A DNA stretch of 63,056 bases, the filler included, from Saprolegnia diclina VS20 (Eukaryota), in assembly GCF_000281045.1 (NCBI RefSeq). It is 8 parts of 7 records of this genome, joined end to end, with 100 filler letters (N's around TTAATTAATTAA, not from the genome) between each part and the next. Parts side by side here need not be neighbours in the genome. Positions count along the whole stretch, not along the records: positions 1 to 15,920 come from NW_008246274.1; 7 more parts are not named here. One strand, given 5' to 3'. The position numbers and the translations under genes are program-made. The notes below the pieces were generated by a model. That model saw nothing but the letters and a program-made list of their open reading frames with translations. It did no database searches and had not been told where the DNA came from. The first letter of the stretch is position 1. Each line of letters opens with the position of its first letter. Below, piece after piece: positions 1 through 11,635 of this stretch.

Positions 1-1371
1 CGCCGTTGCGGATCCATGCTTGCAACGCCGATGCGACAATATAACACAAACTAGCGTCGTGCGCAAAGGAGGTGCCCTCAAACGACAGTAGCTGGAGCTC
101 CGGCGATTTGGCAAAATGCGCATTGAGCACGAGGAAAGCATTGGCCGAGAGCTCGACGTTATGGAGCGTCACCGACGTCAGCGCCAACGGATGCGTCATG
201 GGCGGTAGCGGAAGTGGGACGTCATAGAGCTCGGCCCCGAGAAGCTTGAGGACGCGGAGGGCCGAGAAGCGCGTGAGCATCTCGAAGAGCAAGTCGATGT
301 CGTCCTTGCACGCGATGGTGAGCGACGTCAGCACGGCTGGGTTGCGCGATCGAGGATGGTAGAGACGAGAGCATAAGCACTCTCAGCACGGACGCGCATC
401 GTCTGAAGGTTGTTGAAACGCATGGCGCTGGCGTCGCAAAGCGAACCGAAGACCTGGTCGACGGCAATCACGTCCAGATGCGAGAGCGAGCTCGTGGCGG
501 CAAGCATACGCACGATGCCGTCTGGCAAGTGTTTCACCTTGCTTTCGAAGCGCAGACGTGTGGCGTGGCCCGACTGCAACCACTGCGCGAGGGTCGCCGT
601 CCATTCGTCCGGGGCCCGGTCAAAGTGCGCAAAAGCCGTCCACATCGTCTGAAAGAACATGCCAATCTGGAGGTGCGTCAGCTTGGGCCCGAACGTCTCG
701 ACGAGCCACTCGAACGGGCCGAAACGTGTGGTCTATGGCGCGTGATCGGGCACGTACCGCTCAAGGCCCGTGCGGCCGACCTCGACGGCGTGGAACGCCG
801 GCAGCGCGTCGATGACGAGGCCGGTGGACGCCTGATAAACATAGTCCAGCTGCAACACGGGCCACATCTTGTCCAGAGCCGTCGTCTCGTTCAGAGCCGG
901 CCAAACAAAGCCACCGTTCACCACGACGTCCAATGGAGCGCGCAGCAGCCGCAAGAGCGCAACGAGCGGCGCGCCGAGTGTTGGCGTGTCGATGCCTTCA
1001 AGGAAGGCAAGCACCTCTTGTGGCGTCTTGAACCACTTGAGGATGCCAATGAGGACATGGTCCAAACCAACAAAACTCGACCACTGCCGGGCGAGAGCCG
1101 CCGCCTTGGCGCCAGCGTCCCGCATGTCGTCGCCAGGTGGGCGCAAAAGCCGCAAGAGCGTGACGGTCGCCACGTAGATTGCGTCGTCGATGGGTGCGCG
1201 CAGGAGCCGCAAGACCGTGGCGAGCGGCCCGCAGATTGCGCCCAGCGGGAGCGCGTCGAGAAAGGCGACGACGTCGTCGGGTGTCTCCAAGCACTTGACG
1301 ATCGTGATCTGGACGTGGTCGAGACCCACGGCGGGCGTCGGCGCAATCGTGGGCCGCTTGGCGTTGCTCAT
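1..1371 (-). pseudogene. Disrupted gene of a lineage-expanded family (N-terminal helical repeat plus LRR-like C-terminus); runs off the window start
   Basis: ORFs 733..1386 and 328..660 are in the same frame, separated by one TAG at 733-735. A frameshift near 345 continues as LRR-like LTSLTIAC..LRVLKLLG..LTSVTLHNVEL..LQLLSFEG. The N-terminal unit VGLDHV..I.K..TP..V.AFL......L..LLRLLRAP.D occurs twice. It resembles the ORF at 62077. Confidence 0.6.
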
Positions 1372-2189
1372 GCTTGGCCGACGCAAGACTGCAACTGCAA
1401 GGCGAACTGCAAGGCGATCTGCAAGGCGAATGTGTTTTTTCTAAAACTCAAACTCAACGCTTTCAAACTCAATCGCGAAAATCTCTATTTAAAATCCATT
1501 TGGCCGCATACAACACCACAATGGTGCTCGGCATATATGCCCAACAATAGGCGCCGAGCGTTCTGTGCTCAGTGTTTGAGTTAAGTTTGAGCTCTCCTCG
1601 TGCTCAATGCGCATTTTGCCAAATCGCCGGAGCTCCAGNNNNNNNNNNNNNNNNNNNNNNNNNNNNNNNNNNNNNNNNNNNNNNNNNNNNNNNNNNNNNN
1701 NNNNNNNNNNNNNNNNNNNNNNNNNNNNNNNNNNNNNNNNNNNNNNNNNNNNNNNNNNNNNNNNNNNNNNNNNNNNNNNNNNNNNNNNNNNNNNNNNNNN
1801 NNNNNNNNNNNNNNNNNNNNNNNNNNNNNNNNNNNNNNNNNNNNNNNNNNNNNNNNNNNNNNNNNNNNNNNNNNNNNNNNNNNNNNNNNNNNNNNNNNNN
1901 NNNNNNNNNNNNNNNNNNNNNNNNNNNNNNNNNNNNNNNNNNNNNNNNNNNNNNNNNNNNNNNNNNNNNNNNNNNNNNNNNNNNNNNNNNNNNNNNNNNN
2001 NNNNNNNNNNNNNNNNNNNNNNNNNNNNNNNNNNNNNNNNNNNNNNNNNNNNNNNNNNNNNNNNNNNNNNNNNNNNNNNNNNNNNNNNNNNNNAACAAAC
2101 CATGGTTGATATTTTCCGATTTCACTTGATATAAAACGTTTGCTGCATCACTTTGGCTACAAAACAAATCCGTGTGCGCATTCCCATTC

Positions 2190-3674
2190 TTATTTGGTCT
2201 TTTGGTTGGTCTCGGGGTGGAGCACTTGGTACAAGAGAAGCGACGTCGCGGCCGCAAATGAGAGACCACCGAGATACCCTAGTAGCTCCAGTCCGGTCAA
2301 GTGGGATCCGCTCGCATGAAAAAAGCTGCTCAGTTCATAGCCGATGGCCGGCACGAACGACGACGCTTTCCAGCGCATCGCACGTGGCGGCGTCGGGCGC
2401 GGAATGATGTTGCGGTCGTAAATGCACTCGTAGCCGCGGTAGTTGCTCAAGATCTTGGATGGTTTGGTCAGCTCATGTGGTCCTGGCGTCGGGAGGAGCT
2501 TGTCGTAGAACCGCTTGACGATCGCGGCCGTGTCGGCGCCCGAGTACTCGTCGTTGAGGGCCAAACACACCTCTTTGCCACGTCCTTCCAGCACGCGCGA
2601 AAACACTGCGTTCATGTCGGCGTGGGCTTTGGCGCCGTCCGCAAGCCGCACGAGAAGCCACGTGTCGGTCGACTCGGCCGTGGGGTTGAGCGTATACGGC
2701 ACGCCGAGCGCCTTGGAGCCTTCTTCAATCATATAGACCGCGTGCAGCAAGGGAAAGTTGAGGTCGGACGGCGACCGCACTTGGTTGGTTCCTGTCGCAT
2801 CGAGCGCGGCCTTGAACGCCGCCTTGGCGTGAATGGCCTCTTGGGCGAGGCGAGAGTAGACGAACGGCGCGTGCTTCATGAAGTTGTACACGTGTTGGCC
2901 GCCGTAGACAGAGTCGGTGAGCTGCAGCGTGTTGCGGACGCTTGCGAGCCATGCGTTGCCGCCCTAGCCATACTGTTATTGATGGGAAGAGAGGAGGTGG
3001 AAGCATGTACGTCGGCGGGGACGTGGCGAATGTGGTTGACTTCGGTGAGCATGCGGATACCGCCGCCGTGGCAGGTAAAGAGGTGCGACGGCTGAACGTC
3101 CTTGACAAATATGTAGTCGTCGTTCATGTGGATGAAGATGTCGGTGAGGCCCGGGATCTTGTGCAGATACTGCTCGATCACGTTCGTGTCAAAGTTGGGC
3201 AGCGTGACGACGTCCGATGGCAGCAAGTCGTCTTGGTCGATGACGGTAATGCGCGGGTTGGACGTGTCGAGCCAGTCGGGAATCTGGCCAGGCGACACAA
3301 TGTAGATGGGGCCCTAGGATGCTGTGAGCGCCATGGCAAAATACGAGTGGGCAATGTACCTCGAGCCATGGCGCAAACTTGAGCAGCGACCGCAGCGAGT
3401 ACTTGAGCTCGCCTATCTCCTTGTCGCGCGAGCTACCGCCCTCGGAGAGCCCGGCCTGCACGCGCCGCTTGTTGTAGCACGGCTCGTTGCCGTTGACCCA
3501 CGTGTACACGATCGCGCTGTGGCGGAGATGCTCGAGGTTCTCGACGGGGCAGCCCTCCGACGAGAGCTCGGACCAGGCGCCAACGACCTCAGACGTCGGC
3601 TCCTCGAGCAGCGACAGCGTCGCCACGAGCATGAAGACGACGAGGATGTACGAGAGCGCCGTCGCGTAGCGCAT
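2190..3674 (-). CDS. Stealth-family hexose-1-phosphate transferase (GNPTAB/Xpt1-like), copy 1; 3 exons 3674-3360, 3313-3011, 2963-2190
   Basis: CR1 IVYTWVNG; CR2 ELKYSLRSL..APWL..IYIVSPGQIPDWL..IEQYLHKIPGL..FIHMNDDYIF; CR3 KHAPF; CR4 LALNDEY. GT-AG introns restore the frame. Hydrophobic N- and C-terminal segments are present. Confidence 0.9.
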
Positions 3675-4107
3675 GCTTCGTCCGCTTGAAAAATGAAAAA
3701 ATCCGGCGCCGCAAAAAAATAAAAATAAAATAAAAATAAACAACACCTGTTCGAGGATCGAACATCGCTTGCACGGAAGGATGGAAGGATTCCCGATGGC
3801 CGAAGGGAAGGTCCGCCTGACATCCATCCGTCGCCCTGCGGCGGGACCGGCGCATGGACGTGCTCGGCGACGACGCCATGGCGCGAGTCGTGGCGGTAGC
3901 TGCCAAGCGGTAGGCCATGGCGAATCCAAGCAGAACCCGGCTAGGGCCTCGCCACGACCACGCCCACCTTGGCCACGCGCGATGCCAGCCTTGCTCTCAC
4001 CGTGCACGTATAGCAAGAAGCTCATCGCGAGAAGGATGCATGCACTAAGGTTGATGGTCGTCTTTTAGCGTTTACCGACAACTAACGCTGCTCGACAATG
4101 GACCTCT

Positions 4108-5541
4108 CTAGACGCGGTCGTAGGCGGGCGTCGACTTGAGCTTCTTGGCGTCAAAGAGCGCAGCATACACGACGTAGACGAGGACGAGGCCAAAGCCAAA
4201 GCCACAGCCCTTGAGAACGGCGTTGAGGAAGACGACCCAGCGCACTTCGTGGCGGACGATGACCTTGAACTTGGTGCTTTGGTCGACCGCCTCGGCCAAG
4301 GGCGGCAAAATCGCCGGGTCGTAGAGGCACGTCTTGGTGTTGTACACGGAGAGGTGCTTGTTGGGCTCCTTGGCCTCGAACGGACTGGGCTCGGGCAGAA
4401 ACGTGTTGAAGAACCAGCGCGCGTTCTCGGCGACCGCCATGTCGCTGTACTCGTCGTTGAGCGCGAGGATCTTGGCGTCGTACGTGCCAGCAATGACCTC
4501 GTCAAAGATGCTCTTGACCTTGGGGATGTTGCCGTTCTCGAGCATGAGGAGCTGGTACCCGGTCATCTCTTCCTGCGGCGGTACTTCAATCGGGATCCCG
4601 AGCTCCCGCGCGCCTTGGGCCTGCATGTAGTAGTGATGCAGTAGCGGGATGTTCATATCGGGCTTGCCCCGGAACTTGCTCTTGAGCGTCATGTACATGG
4701 GGCGGTCAAAGATCTGGTGGATACGCTCGAACGCGCGCCGGCTGTAGATGAACGGCGCGTGCTTGATGAAGTACCGATCTTCTTGGCCCCAGCGAAGGTC
4801 CATTTCTTGCTGCGTGTTGAGCACCGACGCGACCCAGATGCCCTTCTTCTCGGTCGGCGGCTCGTGCGAGATGAGGCCGGGTTCGTGCAAGAGGCGGATG
4901 CCACCGTCGCACGTAAAGAACTCGTGCGGTGCAATGTGCTTGGTGAAGATGTAGTCGTCGTTGATCTGCATGTAGATATCCGAGAGGCCCGGGATGCGGT
5001 AGAGGAACTGCTCAATGACGTGCGTGTTGAAGGACGGCAGGAACGGCTTGGCGTACGATGGGAACAAGTCGTCTTGGTTGACGACCTTGATGCGCGGGTG
5101 GTCGAGGTTGATCCAGCTCGGAATGTGCCCCGGCGACACGATGTAGATGTTGCCTTCGTGCCATGGCATAAACTTGATGAGCGACCGGATCGAGAACTTG
5201 AGCTCGCCAATCTCGCGGTCGCGCGACCCGCCGATCGCGTTGTCGCCGCCGTGCTTCTTGCGGATATCGCGGTAGCATGGCTGGCTGCCGTTGACCCACG
5301 TGTACACGATCGACATGCGCTTGAGCGCGTCAAAGTTCTGGATCTGGCACTTGTCCGGGTACAAGTCGCGCGAGTCGGCCGAGATCGACTGCGCCGCAAT
5401 GTCCTTGTACAGGGTCTCGCTCGCCGTCGCCTCGAGGCAGAGCCCGAGCACGTACACGGCGAGCATGCCCACGACGCAGTAGCCGAGCACGGTGTTGCGC
5501 TGCCAGAGGAAGCGCGCCCGCGCGGCCATCGGCGTCTGCAT
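4108..5541 (-). CDS. Stealth-family hexose-1-phosphate transferase, copy 2 (477 aa, intronless)
   Basis: IVYTWVNG, ELKFSIRSL..MPWH..IYIVSPGHIPSWI, IEQFLYRIPGL..YMQINDDYIF, KHAPF, LALNDEY; TM segments near both termini. Confidence 0.92.
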   Translation of the reverse strand: MQTPMAARARFLWQRNTVLGYCVVGMLAVYVLGLCLEATASETLYKDIAAQSISADSRDLYPDKCQIQNFDALKRMSIVYTWVNGSQPCYRDIRKKHGGDNAIGGSRDREIGELKFSIRSLIKFMPWHEGNIYIVSPGHIPSWINLDHPRIKVVNQDDLFPSYAKPFLPSFNTHVIEQFLYRIPGLSDIYMQINDDYIFTKHIAPHEFFTCDGGIRLLHEPGLISHEPPTEKKGIWVASVLNTQQEMDLRWGQEDRYFIKHAPFIYSRRAFERIHQIFDRPMYMTLKSKFRGKPDMNIPLLHHYYMQAQGARELGIPIEVPPQEEMTGYQLLMLENGNIPKVKSIFDEVIAGTYDAKILALNDEYSDMAVAENARWFFNTFLPEPSPFEAKEPNKHLSVYNTKTCLYDPAILPPLAEAVDQSTKFKVIVRHEVRWVVFLNAVLKGCGFGFGLVLVYVVYAALFDAKKLKSTPAYDRV

Positions 5542-5989
5542 GCTGCTTCTCGGCCGCCAAACCCCAAGTCTGGGATCTCGCTACGTTCGTAATATATTAT
5601 TCGATGCTTTTTGGCCAATCAGAGGCGTCGACGCCTCCACGCTGTTGATTTGGAAAACGTATGGGTGGCCGACACCGTCGTCGAACGCTTGAAACACGCA
5701 ACTTGCGCCGCCCTTTCCTCATGTATGTGCCGGCGAGCCCGCTTTGTACGAGGCGACAATCGGGGCACAAAGAGATGCTTCACGCGATGCAAGCTTGTGG
5801 GCGCGCATGGAAAGGATGCAGGCCACCTACCGAGCAATGAAGATGGGCAAAACGCAGTCCGCATCTAAAAGTTGCGTGCGAATAGCATGACGCCAGAGGC
5901 TTCTTTTTCGGAAACTTTGCCGCCAAACATCGAAAATGGAACGCAAAATGTACGAAATGGAAGTTGGAGACAAGATATTCCTGGTGCGT

Positions 5990-8900
5990 CTACTCGAGGC
6001 GCGTGACCATCTTGCGCTTCCGGCGCCAGCGCCAGCGCATGGACGAGAGATGCGCGTCGCTCTCACCGTCTTCGTCGTCGCCTTCGTTGAAGCAGACGTT
6101 GTCCAAGAGGCCGTACAGCGTCGGGCCATACCGCTCGACCATCCACGTGACAAAGAGCGAGGTGAACTTGCCGTTGCGGTCCATCGTTTGCACTTGCTCG
6201 AGGATGTAGGCGGCAAAGCAGATGAGGTAAATGTACCGCTCCAAGTAGTTGACTAGGCACACGAGAATGAGTCCCCGTCGCACTTGCGCTTGGCATCGTA
6301 CCAGCACGGTGCATGTAGAAGCTCTGCTTCTCGGCTGTGATACCACGCTCCTTTGTCAAGTCGCGGCACTGCGCAATGCACTCGCGAAGGTTCTGGAGGT
6401 GTTCGCACTGGTCAATCGCATAGTCGGCCAGCGCTTTGCTACAAAGACAATCATTTGTATCAATCTATCAAGTCGACCGATGTACCTCTCGGCGCCGTTC
6501 TCGAGTACATCAAGAAGCGACTGGATCACAAAGTAGTCGCCGCTCTTGGCGTAGCTTTGGTACGACTTGTCGGCGGCGGCCGCCATGTACACGGACTTTT
6601 GATTGTTGAGTGCAACCTTGAGCATATAGACGCAGACCATCGCCGACGTCGTGCGGCCGCGGCCCATTTGGCAGTTGCACACGACGGCCGTCTCGTCGAC
6701 GCCGGCGGCGGCTTCGGCTGCAAACGTCGGTACGACAAGGCGCACGATGTCGTCCAAGTCCTTTTCTTCCGGCGCGGTCTCGTCCGACACCTACCCCATC
6801 GCATGAGAACGTGCCACGTCATACTCAAACTCAAAGTCAAAATCAAACGTACGGGAATGCGGGCGTAGCGCACGGGCAGCGTCTTGGCAATCTTGGTGTA
6901 CACGTCCGCGAGCGTCTTGACGTCGGTTTGGGGGCGGATGTAGACCATCTGCTCTTCGTCGGGAATGCCCACTTCTTGGGCCCTTTACATAATCAATTAG
7001 TCGATATGTGAAAAACGAATAGTAGAATACCAGTAGAGGAAGAGGCCGTTCTTTTGCGACGCCTCGGCGATCGTGTTGTCGCGGAACTTGGCTTCGATGG
7101 CCGCGAGCTCGGTCGCTTCAATGCCCGGAAGCTCGACGTTTTCGCCAAACTTCGGCGGATACCGAATCGCATACGGCTTGCCCGCGACGTACAGGACGAC
7201 CTCTTCGCGCATGTTCATCCAGATGATCTGCTTGAAGCCGAGCGTCTCGTGCAAGTGCGCTGCGACTTGCTGCAAGCCCGCTTCAAAGCACTAGTAGCGA
7301 TCAGTACTCTACGTTCTATGAGAAAAATGCATATACCTGGGCCGTGCCAAAGACACAGGACGTGCCGACGCGGCGGTAGTTGATGACAGCCGTGCCGAGG
7401 CTCGGCGGCAAGCGCACGATGCCCGGAAAGTGGTCGTACTTGACGACCGCGTTCTTCATGACCGAGTCGTAGTCGTACTTGGCGCCACCCATGTCGTCGA
7501 GGAGGCGGAAGAGGTTCGAGTGGTGGTGCATCCACGACGTGAACGACTTGGTCGTGGCCTCTTGGTCGAGCACAAACGACGCATATGCGATGAGGAGGAA
7601 GTAGCGCTCGAGAAACGCGCAAGCTTGTTTGAGGTAGAAGGCGCGGCGCACGGGCTTGGGGTCCGCGAGGGATTTCTATCAAGGTATCAAGGTATCAGCA
7701 ACAGGCACGCGCATGTCGCGTTGTACTTGGTTGCAGTCGGTGATGGCCGACCGAATGTTGTAGATGAACGCACAGTTGTCAATGACCGCATCGGCAAAGG
7801 GCTTGGCCGTCGTCGCATGGGGAATACGCTTGACGAGTTCATGGATGACCTGCGCCAAGTATCAACCTCGGCAAAGTTGACAGATTGAAACGTACCTTGT
7901 ACTCTTCTTCGGGCGGCACGTCGCCATGATGCTCGGACGCAGCAATGACGTCATCGGGGCAGTGCTTGTTGAGGGCCAGCGCAGCCACGACCATGGCTAT
8001 ATACATGAACGTCACGCACACCGTCATGCCACGACGCTGCATCGCATACCTGTGGTCGTCCGCCACCGACCGAGCTATTACGTCAGTGAAAATGAGACGA
8101 GGCAAGACTACCAAATGTCGTACTTGGCAGTTGAAGACGAGTGCCGTATCGGCGCTGCGGTGGTCGAGCAGCCCCGTGAGGAGTTCGAAATGCTCGTTCT
8201 CAGGAGCGTTGTCGCGCGAGATGGGCACACGGAGGTACTTGATGGTCTCGATGCCCGCTGGCTTGTCCAAGTTGCCGTCAAACACGTTGGCCAGTGTCGC
8301 GACCTAGGGCCGTCGGTCGTATCACCCAGCATGGACACCTTGTCATTGCGTACGTCTGTCGGGAGCGTCCCGATGCGCGACACCATCTCGTACTGCAGCG
8401 TCGACGGCTCCGTCCAATATTCAAAGGCGCCGTTGGGCTCCTTCTCGAGCTGCTCTTGGAGACTGCGCTTGAGAGATTTCTCAAGCACTTGGACCGTATG
8501 GCCTGTGAGCGACCCCGCGAGGTCCTGCTCGTTCGAGTTGACGTTGCGCCGCGCTGTGTACGACTCGCCGCCGACAAAGAGCACCGCTTCCTACAGCCAT
8601 GTACGTGGACCTCTCCGCCGTAGGCAAGCGTCTCGTACCTCACGCAGGTTGACCCAGATCACGTGCTTGTAGCCATCGGTCGCAATGGTTTCAAGGATGT
8701 GGTGGATACCAGCCTATGCACTCGTTAGCCAGGACGGTCGACTTTGCGCAGCGTGTCGTACGAGCGATGGCTGGGCACCGCCGTAGATGGGCAGCCCAGG
8801 CAGCCGGCGAAAATTGGGCGCAATGTCCTTGTGGGCCGAGACCAGCGTGATCTGGTCGGGCATGCGGTCGCTCTTGAGAATGTACTTGCCGAGGACCTTG

Positions 8901-9295
8901 GTACCCTGGGCCTGGAACCGGTTGGAGCGCACGATGCTGCCGCGCTCGATGCGGCCGCGGATGTGCGCTTGGATTTTCGTGGCTGCGATCGCCCAGTGCG
9001 ACTGCGACTTGAAGCGCGTGAGTTCGAGCTTGGACGACACGACTTGCTCGTGCATGAACTCGAGCTCGGCCTGGACCGGCGCGAGCAGCTCGCGCAAGGC
9101 GCGCTTCGGGTCGCGTGCGGCCGCGATCTCGGGCGCCCGCGCAATGATCGTTTCGAGGAGCGCCTTGTCCATCGGCGTCATGTTGGTCAGCGTTTCGTCC
9201 TCCGCCATCGGTTCGGCTCGTGTCTCGTTGGCAGATGCGGCCGTTTCATCGTGGGCCGCGAGCTTGAAGAGGTCGCGCAGCTTCCACACGCGCAT
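5990..9295 (-). CDS. Paladin-like protein (two PTP-like phytase domains) with an N-terminal IQ motif; multi-exon
   Basis: NFRRLPGLPIYGGAQPS, WMNMREEVVLYVAGKPYAIR, YLRVPI, FNCQ|LGRWRTT (across an intron), CNCQMGRGRTT, twice LERYxxLIx(Y/F)AxY/F; IQAHIRGRIER at 8942-8974. The start codon is uncertain. Confidence 0.85.
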
Positions 9296-9945
9296 GGTGG
9301 GGATAGGAGGCGGGCGATTTGCAAATGGCGCGGGCGTCGCAAGCCGACGGGGCTGTCTTTGCGCCGCCGCGCCACTTCTCGCATATGTCTCACTACGGTA
9401 GTGCGGAAGGACGCCAAAGACACGCGGCGGCAAGGGCCAAGCATCGACATTCGACATGTAGAGGCTCTGCTACTTCAACGGAATGTCAACTCTGTCGGTG
9501 GACACACAGCGATGGCGAGCTGTCGCCTGCTATGCGTAGCTCTAGTCGGTGTGCACTGGGCACCTCGGCGGCGCCGGCAAGAATCTGAGGTCGTGCGATG
9601 GATTACGATCCGCGATCATGGACGAACACTGCAGGTGGCGCCACTGTCTACGAACACCAAGTTGAAGTTGGTCTGCTCTGCGTATCTTTTGATCAGCTCG
9701 AATCTTGCGGCGTTTCCCGGTGCGACAAGCCGACGCGGCTCGGGATGACCGCGGGCACCGAGCCCGTCAGCGCTGAATTCTAGGGCTTGAAGCCTCGGAG
9801 CTGGTCGATGGTCGTTGCTTCGCTAGGCGTAGACCTTGATGCAGCCGGCCAACGCCATGGTCTTTGCATATAAGCAAGGGTCAACCCTTGACCCTTGATA
9901 TAAGCTATCACCTCCGATCGACCGCTGCACCGACAGAGGTGGCCG

Positions 9946-10096
9946 ATCGCGGACCCATGTTCTGGAGAACTTAGCCATGACAGGGCTACTACGGTGCCAG
10001 AGTATAGACACTGCGACAACGGACCCAACGAGGCGCCTGCACGTCCCTTGCAGTAGCTGACCCTTTCCACCTCGGCTTGCTTGTCCGCAGGCTAAT
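9946..10096 (+). repeat. ~150-bp direct repeat, copy A (copy B at 15754-15920)
   Basis: Shared ggacccatgttc..gccatgacagggctactacggtg..gcgcctgcacgtcccttgcagtagctgaccctttccacctcggcttgcttgtccgcaggctaat. Confidence 0.9.
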
Positions 10097-11635
10097 CCCA
10101 GTACTATTTGAGACAGTCTTGATTTCAATACATGATATGAGACGATAAATAAGATGCAATTGGCGTGATATTCGTTGCCTGCGATTGGTGCAATCGCACG
10201 GGATTACAACCAATGGCCGTCGGCGTTTCTAAATGGCACACATGCAGCACCGCGACGTCGGCGTCCTCCGCGGCCATAAGCGACCTGTCAACTGCTTGGC
10301 CAAGTGCTTGAGCGGCGCGCCCGACCTGCTCGCGTCTGGCTGAGAGAGAGTGGTCGGGTTTACGAGGTATAAGACTGGGGCTGCTCTCAATTGAAGCCTT
10401 GTTGGAGGCGAGAAAAGGCGTGCTGGTCCATCGCCAGTGGCCGCTTCTGTCAGATGGGATATATCAATTTTTATCAAAGTCTCCAATTACGCGCGAGGTT
10501 ATTGTCTTTTATCGCGTGCAACTCGTTGAGCCCGTTTCGTCTACGCGTTTTGGGCAGAATTGGCCGGTGGAATACAGAGCAATGACACAATATGTGAAAT
10601 GGTGGTGATGGTGACACCGACGATTTTGTACACCTTATATTCCGAGTTGAGTTTCTAGCCGAGAATCTCATGTCGAATTTCGAGTTGAGGTGTGTCCGGA
10701 TAACGCTTTCGGACGGCATTTTCAAAAAAGTGAGATCCTACCGCTAGCATGCAACTGTACCAACGTTGTCCATGCGAATCCCCTTGTGGAGGTAGATCAT
10801 GTTTTGACGGCGCTCATAGATGTCCTCGACAATCGCACGGAACGCGTCCTTTTAACGGGCCTGGAGGGACCGTAATTCGTCCTCCCCTACTAGTACTGTA
10901 GTGATCCGGATCTGTAAATCGTTGCGACTCGTGTCCTCTGGACGATTAACTCGCCCATTCTCCCATAACTTCGTCGGATGAGCGAATAAACAGCGCAGTT
11001 TTGACTAATACGATATAAACAGCGCAGTTTTGACGACCGTACTTAACAAAGTATACACTTTGGTAATACGATATATGAATACTAGTACGATCCGCCAAAA
11101 ACGCCGATTATCACAATACATATAATCCTGTCATAGCAAATGTTGAGTTTTGTCCAATCAACCGTATTTCCACGACCAGACTCGACCAGACTCGACCAGA
11201 CCATGGTCTGCTCGTCGCTCGTCGCAGCTCTCGTCGCATGCAACGTCATGCAATGCCATGTGCTGACCGCGTTCCGGACGCGACCTCACTGTCATTGCCG
11301 ACGCGTCGGTACTTGACAACTAAACTGCACACGGCTGGTTTCCTGGCGCTGGCAGAATCCCGGTGCAGGCGAAACCGTCGAAAATCACAGGACCTCAAAG
11401 GGCGTCAGGTAGGGGGCCTACCCATTTTACTTTTATTATAACCTCTTTAAAACAGGATAAAAGTATGCAATAAAATAAAAAGGACGCCTCAAAAATCAAG
11501 ATGGTCGCGTCGATGAGATGCGGTGTCGGCAAGCATGCATGCGCGCGCTTCGAAGGCCCGACTAAGGCCGCGCGGACCTTCAACTAACTACGGGGCGGCT
11601 TCCATTTTCCAGAGAGCTTGAAGCAGAGGCTGACG

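Noticed and set aside
733..735. Several apparent TGG-to-TAG stops (733, about 32954, 48471) suggesting stop readthrough, A-to-I editing or RIP-like mutation
   Set aside because: Each affected gene also has frameshifts or deletions, and Trp-to-stop is a common nonsense change; too few events to support a mechanism.
1393..1470. Short tandem repeats (ctgcaaggcga x3; aaactc repeats)
   Set aside because: Simple slippage repeats upstream of a pseudogene, with no spacer structure.
1595..1638. Exact 44-bp inverted copy of 92-135
   Set aside because: It abuts a gap and copies mid-gene sequence, so it is most likely a chimeric read or contig-end artefact. No TSD or TIR context is visible.
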